DNA of 52,371 bases from Actinomycetes bacterium (GCA_031423915.1 JANPGL010000268.1:1-52371), one strand, 5' to 3'; positions 28,284-36,301 are shown, counted from the first letter of the stretch. Notes: generated by a model not told the origin, from the letters alone. A program made the numbers and translations.

Positions 28284-29033
28284 ATGGACCGGTTGCGTGG
28301 CAAGCAGGCAGTGGTGACGGCGGCGGGGCAGGGCATCGGGCGGGCCATCGCCGAGGCCCTGGCGGCCGAAGGGGCGAGCGTGCTCGCCACCGACGTGTCG
28401 GTCGACGCGCTGGCCACGCTGACCGGTCCCGGACTCCGCACGGCGCGGCTCGACGTGACCGACCGCGCCGCCATCGACGCGACGATCGGCGCCCTCGACC
28501 GTCTCGACGTGCTCGTGAACTGTGCCGGCGTCGTCCACCACGGCAGCGTGCTCGACTGCACCGACGACGAGTGGGCGAACGGTTTCGACCTGAACTGCCG
28601 CAGCATCTACTGGACGATGCGCGCCGCGCTGCCGGGCATGCGGGCGCGGCGCAGCGGCAGCATCGTGAACATCGCCAGCGTGGCCTCGAGCCTGAAGGGC
28701 GTGCCGAACCGCTTCGTCTACTCGGCGTCGAAGGCGGCCATCATCGGCATGACCAAGGCGACCGCGGCCGACTTCGTGGGCGATGGGATCCGCGTCAACG
28801 CCATCTGCCCCGGCACGGTCGACAGCCCGTCGTGGCGCCAGCGCGTCATCGACCAGGCGGCCGGCGCCGGCATCACCGAGGAGGAGAGCCGTGCCGCGTT
28901 CGTGGCCCGGCAACCCATGGGCCGCGTCGGCACCCCGACCGAGATCGCCGCGCTGGCGGTGTACCTGGCCAGCGACGAGTCGTCGTTCACGACGGGTCAG
29001 GCCCACGTGATCGACGGCGGCTGGAACATGTAG
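28284..29033 (+). CDS. SDR family oxidoreductase (DHRS6/BDH2-like)
   Basis: AVVTAAGQGIGRAIA, NCAGVV, YSASKAA (YxxxK), and a C-terminal IDGGWNM. Confidence 0.9.
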   Translation: MDRLRGKQAVVTAAGQGIGRAIAEALAAEGASVLATDVSVDALATLTGPGLRTARLDVTDRAAIDATIGALDRLDVLVNCAGVVHHGSVLDCTDDEWANGFDLNCRSIYWTMRAALPGMRARRSGSIVNIASVASSLKGVPNRFVYSASKAAIIGMTKATAADFVGDGIRVNAICPGTVDSPSWRQRVIDQAAGAGITEEESRAAFVARQPMGRVGTPTEIAALAVYLASDESSFTTGQAHVIDGGWNM

Positions 29034-29050
29034 GCGCGAGACTCGTAGCC

Positions 29051-29503
29051 ATGCGGTTCCGCACCACCATCGCCGCCGGCGGCAAGAACGCCACCGGCAT
29101 CCCGATCCCGCCCGACGTGCTCGACGCGCTCGCCGCCGGCAGGCGGCCGGCCGTTCGGCTCACGGTCGCGGGCTACACCTACCGCACGACGCTCGGCTCG
29201 ATGGGCGGCCAGGTGCTGGCACCGCTCAGCGCCGAGCACCGCACGGCGGCCGGCGTCGCGGCCGGCGACGAGGTCGACGTCGACATCGAGGTCGACGCCG
29301 CGCCGCGCACGGTGGAGGCGCCCGCCGACCTGGCGGCCGCGCTCGCCGGCGACCACGCCGCCCTGACCACCTTCGATGCGCTCGCCCCGAGCCACCGCAA
29401 GGAGTACGTGCGCTGGATCGAGGAGGCCAAGAAGGCCGAGACGCGCGCCGGCCGGGTGGCGAAAGCCGTCGAGGCGCTGCGGGCCGGCAAGAACCGCTAC
29501 TGA
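29051..29503 (+). CDS. DUF1905 + YdeI/OmpD-associated domain protein
   Basis: MRFRTTIAAGGKNATGIPIPPDV... followed by SHRKEYVRWIEEAKKAETRAGRVAKAVEAL. Confidence 0.7.
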   Translation: MRFRTTIAAGGKNATGIPIPPDVLDALAAGRRPAVRLTVAGYTYRTTLGSMGGQVLAPLSAEHRTAAGVAAGDEVDVDIEVDAAPRTVEAPADLAAALAGDHAALTTFDALAPSHRKEYVRWIEEAKKAETRAGRVAKAVEALRAGKNRY

Positions 29504-30060
29504 CCAGCCGTCGAGCGGCGACGAGCCGGGGCCGCTCGTGCTCCGACGACCGCCTCGGCATCGTCCGTCCCCTCGTCCGTCGAAGTATCCCGAGCTGGGA
29601 CGGCGACGGCCTTCGACGGCAGCCGGAACAGCGTCAGCGCGAGGAGGAGCACCGCCACTGCTCCCGAGCTCGCCAGGGCGTCCACCGGATCGTCGATGGC
29701 CACGAGCCGCTCGACACTCTTGATCGCCACGAACACCACGAGGGAGTCCACGAGCCGGCTCTTCAGGTCGTCGAACGAGCGGGCAACGAGCCACTGGGGC
29801 ACGTCGAGATCGCCGACGAACAACTCGTACAACCCGATGGCGATGATCACCTGGACGACGGCGAGCAGGTAGCCCTCGATGACCACGAGCAACTGAACGA
29901 TCGACCCGTCGTCCTCCCACCCGCCGCCGAGGAGATCGGCCACGAGCTTCACCGTCTTCGCCACCGCCCAGCCGGAGGTGACCACCGACGTGAAGGCCAG
30001 GCCGATCACGCCGACGACGGCGAGAAGCGGTGCTCGGTCGAGAATGCGCTTGACGGCCAC
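29497..30060 (-). CDS. YqhA (UPF0114)-like membrane protein
   Basis: GTG 30060 gives VAVKRILDRAPLLAVVGVIGLAF... with about 4 TM segments and an acidic tail. It lies 7 nt downstream of the zinc-ribbon gene stop. Family call is from memory. Confidence 0.5.
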   Translation of the reverse strand: MAVKRILDRAPLLAVVGVIGLAFTSVVTSGWAVAKTVKLVADLLGGGWEDDGSIVQLLVVIEGYLLAVVQVIIAIGLYELFVGDLDVPQWLVARSFDDLKSRLVDSLVVFVAIKSVERLVAIDDPVDALASSGAVAVLLLALTLFRLPSKAVAVPARDTSTDEGTDDAEAVVGARAAPARRRSTAGQ

Positions 30061-30067
30061 GGCGCGC

Positions 30068-30382
30068 TCAGAAGTCGAACAGCTCGCCGAGGAGCGACTT
30101 GCGCTTCTTCGGTTTGCCGTACCGGTCGCCGCCGTAGCGGCGATCGTCGTCATCGTCGTCATCGTCGTCATCGCGGAACGCCGGCGCCGGCGCCGGGTAC
30201 GACGACGGCCCGGGCCGGGCCGGCGCGGCGACGGAGCGGTCGGCGACGGCCATGCGGTCGATGATCTTGTCGAGCTCACCGCGGTCGAGCCACACGCCAC
30301 GGCACGTGGGGCAGTAGTCGATCTCGACTCCCGTGCGGTCCGCCATGACGAGCGTGGCATCGGGGCAGGCGGGGCACTTCAT
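30068..30382 (-). CDS. TFIIB-type zinc-ribbon protein with a poly-Asp tract
   Basis: MKCPACPDATLVMADRTGVEIDYCPTCRGVWLDRGELDKII has CxxC...CxxC. It is followed by DDDDDDDDD, encoded by (ATCGTCGTC)x3 at 30143-30169, and a KPKKRKSLLGELFDF tail. ATGA overlap with the ATPase stop. Confidence 0.75.
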   Translation of the reverse strand: MKCPACPDATLVMADRTGVEIDYCPTCRGVWLDRGELDKIIDRMAVADRSVAAPARPGPSSYPAPAPAFRDDDDDDDDDDRRYGGDRYGKPKKRKSLLGELFDF

Positions 30383-33159
30383 CGGGAAACCTCCGGGGTA
30401 CGGGCACGTAGGACGAGCTTGCGCAGCTCCTCGATCCACAGCACGCTCGACGCCACCAGGGCGCACACCGCCCACTGCGCCGGCGTGATCGAGGTCGTGG
30501 CGAACAGCCGCTGGAGCGGGCCCACGTGGGTGACGGCGACCTGCAGCACGAGCACCGAGCCGAGCGACACCCACAACCACCGGTTGCGGAGGCTGTCGCG
30601 GTGGAACACGCTCGTGCGGTCGCTGCGCACGTTCAGCAGGTTGAAGAACTGGAACAGGACGAACGTGGTGAACGCCATCGTCCCGGCCACCGTGGGGGTG
30701 CCACCCGGAAGTGCCTCGCCGGGGGCCCACGCCAACACGGCGAGCGTTCCGGCCGCCATGGTCACGGCGGCGACGCCGATGGCGGCCCGGCGCCGTCCGG
30801 TGACGATCTTCTCTTCGACCGGCCGAGGAGCGCGGCTCATCACGTCCGACGACGACGGGTCGAGACCGAGCGCCATCGCCGGAGGACCGTCCATCACGAG
30901 GTTGACCCACAGGATGGCGATGGCGGCGAAGGGCTTGCCATCGGCGAGCCCGAACAGCGCCGCCAGCAGGAACACGACGGCGAACCCGATCGTCGTCGAG
31001 AGCTGGAAGCGCACGAACTTCACGACGTTGTCGTAGATGGTGCGCCCGCGACGCACGGCGCCGACGATCGTGGCGAAGTTGTCGTCGGCGAGGACCATCG
31101 ACGCCGCCTGTTTCGTCACTTCGGTACCGGTGATGCCCATGGCCACGCCGATGTCGGCGCGCTTGAGTGCCGGGGCGTCGTTCACGCCGTCGCCGGTCAT
31201 GGCCACGACGTTGCCTCGATGCTGCAGGGCGGCGACGAGCCGCAGCTTGTGCTCCGGCGAGACGCGGGCGAACACGCCCACGTCATCCAGGCGACCGCCG
31301 AGTGCGTCGTCGTCGAGCGCGTCGAGCTCGGCCCCGGTCATCGCCGCGCCGGGCAGGCCGAGCGACCGGGCGATCGACGTCGCGGTCGTCACGTGGTCGC
31401 CGGTGATCATCTTCACCGAGAGTCCCGCGGCGTGCGCCTCGGCGATCGCCTGGCGCACCTCCGCCCGGGGAGGGTCGAGCAGGCCCACGAGACCGAGCAC
31501 CGTGAGGCCCCCGGTCAGCGCCGCCAGCTCCAGCTCCCCCCGCTCGAGGCGGGCGATCTCGTCGGCGTCGAGGTCACGCGAGGCCACCGCCAGCACCCGC
31601 AACCCACGCCCCGCCATCTCCTCCATCGCCGTGTCGATGCGCTGGCGCCCGGCCGCGACCGGGACGGTGCCTCCTCCCACCAGCACGCTGTCGGCCCGGG
31701 CGAGCAGCACGTCGGGTGCACCCTTCACATAGGCCCGTACGACGTCGACGCCACCGCCGGTGACGCGGTGAGCCGTGGCCATCAGCTTCGTGGCCGACTC
31801 GAACGGCGCCTCGGCAAGCCGCGGGTGACGGGCCCGGAGCGAGCCGAGGTCGACGCCACCCTTGGCGGCGAGCACGAGGAGCGCCGTCTCGGTGGGATCG
31901 CCGGTGTGGTGCCAGCGCTCGCCATCGTGGCGCAGTGCGGCGTCGTTGCAGAGGACGACGGCCGCGAGCACCTCCTCGACCGCGGGATCCGCATGACCGG
32001 CGGACTCGCCGCACACCGCCTCGATCACCCCGCGCGGCTCGTAGCCCGTGCCGCTCACCCGGTGGAGGCGGCCGCCGGCGACGAGCTCGACGGCGGTCAT
32101 CTCGTTCATCGTGAGCGTGCCGGTCTTGTCGGAGCAGATCACGGTGGTCGATCCGAGCGTCTCGACCGAGGCCAGGCGCTTCACGATGGCGTTGGACTCG
32201 GCCATCCTGGCGACACCGATGGCGAGCGTGACCACGGTGACGGCGGGGAGGCCCTCGGGGATGGCGGCCACGGCGAGGGCCACGCCGGTGAGCAGCATGT
32301 CGCTCAGACTCGAACCGCGGACCAGACCGATCACGACCACGGCGGCGACGATGACGGCGGCGAGCTTGGCCAGGCCGTGGGCGAGCTCGTCGAGCTGGCG
32401 TTGCAGCGGCGTGCGCTCCGTCGTGGTGGTGGCGAGCAGCCCGGCGATGCGGCCGATCTCGGTGCGCATGCCCGTGGCGGTCACGACGAGCTCACCGCGC
32501 CCCCGGGTGACGCTCGTGTGCATGTGGGCCATGCAGGCGCGATCGCCGATGCCGACCGTGGCGTCCGGCGAGGCGACGACCAGCCCGGTGGCCTTGGCCG
32601 TCGGCACGCTCTCGCCGGTGAGGACCGACTCGTCGACCTCGAGGCTGCTGGCGACGACCAGCCGGCCATCTGCAGGGATGCGGTCGCCCGCCTCGACGAG
32701 CACGACGTCGCCGGGCACCAGGTCGTCGGCCGCCACCACGTGCACGTCGCCGCCACGGCGGACGCGGGCCTGATGGACGGCCATCTGCTGGAGCGCCTCC
32801 AGGGACCGTTCCGCCCGCTGCTCCTGCACGAACCCGATGACCGCATTGAGCAGCACGACGGTGAGGACCACGATCGGCGTCTTGAGCTCGCCCGACACGA
32901 AGAAGGCGACCGTGGCGGCCGCGAGCAGCACCAGGATCAGCCGGTCGGTGAACTGGGCGGCGAGCCGCCGCCAGGCGGGAACGGGCGGCGTGCCGTCGAG
33001 CGCGTTGGCGCCGAACGAGGCGAGTCGGCCCGCCGCCTCTGCGTGGCCAAGGCCGGAGGCGGGGTCGACGTCGAGCGCGGCGGAGACGTCGTCGACGTCG
33101 AGCCGGTGCGGCGCGTCTACGGCCAGGGCGACGGCGCGGCGTGGGTGGTGAGCGAGCAT
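30379..33159 (-). CDS. P2-type cation-transporting P-type ATPase (Ca2+/Mn2+-ATPase-like)
   Basis: TGES (LTGESVP), PEGLP in TM4 (AIPEGLPAV), DKTGTLT, MITGDH, and GDGVNDAPALK. ATG 33159 has GAAGGA 8 nt upstream. The 29 extra codons of the ORF upstream overlap the regulatory leader. Confidence 0.93.
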   Translation of the reverse strand: MLAHHPRRAVALAVDAPHRLDVDDVSAALDVDPASGLGHAEAAGRLASFGANALDGTPPVPAWRRLAAQFTDRLILVLLAAATVAFFVSGELKTPIVVLTVVLLNAVIGFVQEQRAERSLEALQQMAVHQARVRRGGDVHVVAADDLVPGDVVLVEAGDRIPADGRLVVASSLEVDESVLTGESVPTAKATGLVVASPDATVGIGDRACMAHMHTSVTRGRGELVVTATGMRTEIGRIAGLLATTTTERTPLQRQLDELAHGLAKLAAVIVAAVVVIGLVRGSSLSDMLLTGVALAVAAIPEGLPAVTVVTLAIGVARMAESNAIVKRLASVETLGSTTVICSDKTGTLTMNEMTAVELVAGGRLHRVSGTGYEPRGVIEAVCGESAGHADPAVEEVLAAVVLCNDAALRHDGERWHHTGDPTETALLVLAAKGGVDLGSLRARHPRLAEAPFESATKLMATAHRVTGGGVDVVRAYVKGAPDVLLARADSVLVGGGTVPVAAGRQRIDTAMEEMAGRGLRVLAVASRDLDADEIARLERGELELAALTGGLTVLGLVGLLDPPRAEVRQAIAEAHAAGLSVKMITGDHVTTATSIARSLGLPGAAMTGAELDALDDDALGGRLDDVGVFARVSPEHKLRLVAALQHRGNVVAMTGDGVNDAPALKRADIGVAMGITGTEVTKQAASMVLADDNFATIVGAVRRGRTIYDNVVKFVRFQLSTTIGFAVVFLLAALFGLADGKPFAAIAILWVNLVMDGPPAMALGLDPSSSDVMSRAPRPVEEKIVTGRRRAAIGVAAVTMAAGTLAVLAWAPGEALPGGTPTVAGTMAFTTFVLFQFFNLLNVRSDRTSVFHRDSLRNRWLWVSLGSVLVLQVAVTHVGPLQRLFATTSITPAQWAVCALVASSVLWIEELRKLVLRARTPEVSR

Positions 33160-33165
33160 GGGGAC

Positions 33166-33280
33166 GTTCCTTCGATGACGGTGGGTCGATCGAAGGTCTC
33201 TCCCAGCCCCGGAGGGCCTCGCACACCGGACCCCGAGGGTCGTCATGACGGCGGTGCGACGCAGGGATACTCCCCTTCGC
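33166..33280 (-). promoter_or_regulatory. Riboswitch-like leader, copy A (yybP-ykoY/Mn2+-type signature) with SD-sequestering hairpin, upstream of the P-type ATPase
   Basis: Sense (minus) reads GCGAAGGGGAGUAUCCC, then 59 nt, then GGGAGAGACCUUCGAUcgacccaccgucAUCGAAGGAAC, then 6 nt, then AUG. CGAAGG/CCUUCG can close a P1 helix. CCUUCGAU can alternatively pair with AUCGAAGG, which contains the SD. Confidence 0.6.
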
Positions 33281-33365
33281 TGACCACCTTACGGAACGGC
33301 GGCTCCGATGACAACCTTTACTAGATTTGCCTTGCAGGTGATTGTCTGTCGTCGTACCGTGACGG

Positions 33366-33479
33366 GCGAAGGGGAGTATCCCGACACGGTGCTATCGCCA
33401 GCACGGACCTCACGGTCCCGGTAGCCCGGCTCCACGGAGCGGGAGAGACCTTCGATCGACCCACCGTCATCGAAGGAAC
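33366..33479 (+). promoter_or_regulatory. Riboswitch-like leader, copy B (same signature) upstream of the eRF1-like gene
   Basis: GCGAAGGGGAGUAUCCC (33366-33382), then 58 nt, then GGGAGAGACCUUCGAUcgacccaccgucAUCGAAGGAAC (33441-33479), then 5 nt, then GUG 33485. The boxes are 17/17 and 39/39 identical to copy A. Confidence 0.6.
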
Positions 33480-33484
33480 CCACC

Positions 33485-34504
33485 GTGAACCGTGCCCTGC
33501 TCGCCGACCTCCAGCAGCGTCGCTGCTACCCGAGCGTCACCATCCTGCTCAACACCACGCCCGCGCCCGCGATGGCGGCCGACGACCGTCTCACGGCACT
33601 GCGGTTGGTGGAGAAGGCCGATCGGCGTCTTGCCGACGACGTGGACGGTGCGATCCGCACCGCGCTCGTCCTGAAGCTGACCGAGCTCGTGGCGGAGCAG
33701 GCGTCTCGCCGGACGACGATCGCCCTCGCCGTGTGCGTGTCGCCGGAGCACTCGGCCGTCGTCCCGCTCGGTCGGCCCGTCGACGCTCGCGTCGTCATCG
33801 ACGACACGTTCGCCACGCGGGACCTGGTCGCCGACCTCAATCGCACGGCGCTCTACCGCGTGGTCACGATCAGCGACCGTCGGGTACGCCTGTTCGTGGG
33901 CGACCGTCAGCGGCTGGTGGAGGAGCGCACGCCGTCGTGGCCGCTCGAGCGGACGGAGGACCAGAACCACGGCGCGTGGATGCGCCACGTGATCGCCCGC
34001 CTCGCCGCCGAGGAGGTGACCCATCCCCTGCCGACCGTGTTCGCTGGGGTCGATCGCACGGTGCGCCACCTCCTCACCGCCGACAGCGCGGGCACCGTCG
34101 GTGTCATCGGAGGCAACCACGACCGCACGTCCCACGTGCAGCTCCACCACGCCGCATGGCCACTCGTGACCGACTGGCTCCGCGGCGACCGGGACCGGGC
34201 GCTCGCCCGGCTCGACGAGGCCCGCTCGGCCCGACGGTACGCCAGCGGCATCGACGAGATGTGGGCGCTGGCCAACGACGGCCGCGTCGAGCTCGTCGTC
34301 GCCGAGGAGGGCTACCGCGTGGCGGCGCGGCTGGGCGACCACCACCAGCTCGTTCCCGCGGACGACGCCGAGGCCCCCGACGTCGTCGACGACGTGGTCG
34401 ACGACACCATCGAGCACGTGCTGCGCTGCGGTGGCGAAGCGGTGCTCGTGCCCGACGGCGACCTGTCCGCCCACGGGCGGATCGCCGGCATCCTGCGGTA
34501 CTGA
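33485..34504 (+). CDS. Conserved hypothetical protein, eRF1-like (bacterial baeRF-type release-factor-like family)
   Basis: The N-terminus LLADLQQRRCYPSVTILLNTTP and the C-terminus DDVVDDTIEHVLRCGGEAVLVPDGDLSAHGRIAGILRY resemble the baeRF families as I recall them. No GGQ motif is seen. Needs HMM confirmation. Confidence 0.45.
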   Translation: MNRALLADLQQRRCYPSVTILLNTTPAPAMAADDRLTALRLVEKADRRLADDVDGAIRTALVLKLTELVAEQASRRTTIALAVCVSPEHSAVVPLGRPVDARVVIDDTFATRDLVADLNRTALYRVVTISDRRVRLFVGDRQRLVEERTPSWPLERTEDQNHGAWMRHVIARLAAEEVTHPLPTVFAGVDRTVRHLLTADSAGTVGVIGGNHDRTSHVQLHHAAWPLVTDWLRGDRDRALARLDEARSARRYASGIDEMWALANDGRVELVVAEEGYRVAARLGDHHQLVPADDAEAPDVVDDVVDDTIEHVLRCGGEAVLVPDGDLSAHGRIAGILRY

Positions 34505-34505
34505 C

Positions 34506-34904
34506 CTACCCAGCCCCGGCGTCGATCTCGGCGAAGACGGATTCGGCCACCTCGACCGACGACAGGCACACCGGGAACCCGGCGTACGGGATCATGTGCA
34601 CGAAGACCTCGAGCACCTCCCGGCGGGTGAAGCCCTGGTCGAGTGCCCCCTTGATGTGCACCTTGAGCAGCGTCGGCCGGCCCAGCGCAGCGATGGTGGT
34701 CATCGTGATGATGCGCCGGGTCTTGTAGTCGAGCGCGTCGCGCGCCCACACGTCGCCGAAGCAGAACTCGCCGAGCATGCGGTCGAGGTCGGGACCGACG
34801 ACCGGGTCGACGCGCTGCCAGCGCTGGAGGCCGGCACCGCTGCCGCCGGTCTCCTCCAGCACGCGCACGCCGGCTTCGTACCGGTCGGAATCGAACTCGA
34901 TCAT
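34506..34904 (-). CDS. Carboxymuconolactone decarboxylase (CMD/AhpD-like) family protein
   Basis: FCFGDVWARDALDYKTRRIITMTTIAALGR...EVFVHMIPYAGFP is typical of the CMD domain. ATGA overlap with the aminotransferase stop. Confidence 0.8.
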   Translation of the reverse strand: MIEFDSDRYEAGVRVLEETGGSGAGLQRWQRVDPVVGPDLDRMLGEFCFGDVWARDALDYKTRRIITMTTIAALGRPTLLKVHIKGALDQGFTRREVLEVFVHMIPYAGFPVCLSSVEVAESVFAEIDAGAG

Positions 34905-36301
34905 CGGGCTCCCCAGGGTCGGACGGCCGTGGCCGGACGCGTCAGGTGCGGCGGTGCGGGCGCACCGGCCGACGACGTGGCGGCATCGACGATCGACAGC
35001 CCCTCGTCGAGCACGCCGAGCGCCCAGTCGAGCTGATCGGTGGTGACGACCAGCGGTGGGTTGGCGAACAGGTAGCTGCCGCGCAGGTTGGCCAGCAGCC
35101 CCTTCGATGTCAGGAACGCTCGCAGCTCGCCCGCAGCGGGCCCGGTGGGGCCGACGATGGGGAACAGCTCGGCGCGCGTCTCGCGGTCGTGGACCAGCTC
35201 CATCACGGAGAACAGGCCGACGCCGCGCACGTCACCCACGCACGGGTGGCGCTCCTGCAGGGACCGCAGACCGGCGACCAGGTAGTCGCCCATCTTGGCC
35301 GAGTTCTCGATCAGCCCGTCGCTCTCGTAGATGCCCATCACGCACTTGGCGGCCGCCAGGCCGACCGCATGCGCCTGGTACGTGAGGCCGGAGCCGAACG
35401 GAACCTCGTCGATGGCCGCGGCCACGGCGTCGGACAGCACGCAGGCGCCCACCGGCAGGTAGCCGCTCGTGATGCCCTTGGCCACGGTCATGATGTCGGG
35501 GCTGACGCCCTCGTGGTCGACGGCGAACCACCGACCGGTGCGGCCGAAGCCGCTCATCACCTCGTCGCAGATCAACAGGATGCCGTGGTGGTCGCACAGC
35601 GCCCGCAGGCCGGCGAGCCAGCCGGCAGGCGGCACGATGAGCCCGTTCGAGCCGGTGACCGGCTCGACCATGATCGCCGCGATGGTGTGCGGCCCCTCCA
35701 GCTCGATGATCTGGTCCAGCTGGGCCAGATGGAAGTCACGGAACTCGGCGGCGTCCTCGATCCACGGGAACCGGTAGTGGTACGGATCGGGGATGCGCAC
35801 GATGTCGCCGACGCCACCTTCCACCGGATAGCGGCGCGGGTCGCCCGACGCGGCCAGCACCCCGGTGGTGGACCCGTGGTACGAGCGGTAGCGGGTCAGG
35901 ATCTTGCGCCGCCCCGTCACCAGCCGTGCCGTGCGGATGGCGGCCTCGTTGGCGTCGGCGCCGGCGAGCGTGAAGAACGCCTTGGTCATGCCCGCCGGGG
36001 TGAGGCGGGCGAGCATCTCGCCCACCTCCGCCCGGATCTCGGTGACCATGAACGGCGACACGAACGCCACCTTGGCCATCTGCTCGGCCACGGCGGCCGT
36101 CACGCGCTGGTCGCCGTGGCCGATGTTCACGCACATGGCGATGGAGTTGAAGTCCATGTACCGCGTGCCGTCACGCCCGTAGAGGTAGACGCCCTCGCCA
36201 CGTTCGATGCAGAGCGGGTCGACGTGCTGGTTGCCCCACTCGAACACCGTGTACGTCTTGGCCCGATCGACGATGGTCGCCGCGTCGGTGGTCACGCTCA
36301 T
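34901..36301 (-). CDS. Class-III (omega) aminotransferase, beta-alanine/taurine-pyruvate type
   Basis: MSVTTDAATIV...; AGADANEAAIR; LICDEVMSGFGRTGRWFA; PLP-lysine context DIMTVAKGITSGY. ATGA overlap on both sides. Confidence 0.9.
   Translation of the reverse strand: MSVTTDAATIVDRAKTYTVFEWGNQHVDPLCIERGEGVYLYGRDGTRYMDFNSIAMCVNIGHGDQRVTAAVAEQMAKVAFVSPFMVTEIRAEVGEMLARLTPAGMTKAFFTLAGADANEAAIRTARLVTGRRKILTRYRSYHGSTTGVLAASGDPRRYPVEGGVGDIVRIPDPYHYRFPWIEDAAEFRDFHLAQLDQIIELEGPHTIAAIMVEPVTGSNGLIVPPAGWLAGLRALCDHHGILLICDEVMSGFGRTGRWFAVDHEGVSPDIMTVAKGITSGYLPVGACVLSDAVAAAIDEVPFGSGLTYQAHAVGLAAAKCVMGIYESDGLIENSAKMGDYLVAGLRSLQERHPCVGDVRGVGLFSVMELVHDRETRAELFPIVGPTGPAAGELRAFLTSKGLLANLRGSYLFANPPLVVTTDQLDWALGVLDEGLSIVDAATSSAGAPAPPHLTRPATAVRPWGAR

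Noticed and set aside
33166-33479. The inverted repeats considered as terminal inverted repeats of an IS element or MITE.
   Set aside because: Nothing transposase-like lies between or beside them. Each arm ends exactly at an SD and start codon. Each arm also has internal complementarity (P1 / anti-SD) that fits an RNA switch rather than transposon ends.
33166-33479. Alternative riboswitch classes for the leaders (Mg2+ M-box, NiCo, Na+/Li+ motifs).
   Set aside because: The GGGGAGUA and GAGAGACC blocks closed by a P1 helix and the ~90-nt aptamer size fit yybP-ykoY best. M-box aptamers are much longer and have a different conserved core. This is not formally excluded without a covariance-model search.
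33289-33483. 64-aa minus-strand ORF, and the 29-codon N-terminal extension of the ATPase ORF (33160-33246), both inside the divergent intergenic region.
   Set aside because: Both lie within the conserved structured leaders and promoter core and have no SD. The ATPase has a well-placed GAAGGA SD for ATG 33159.
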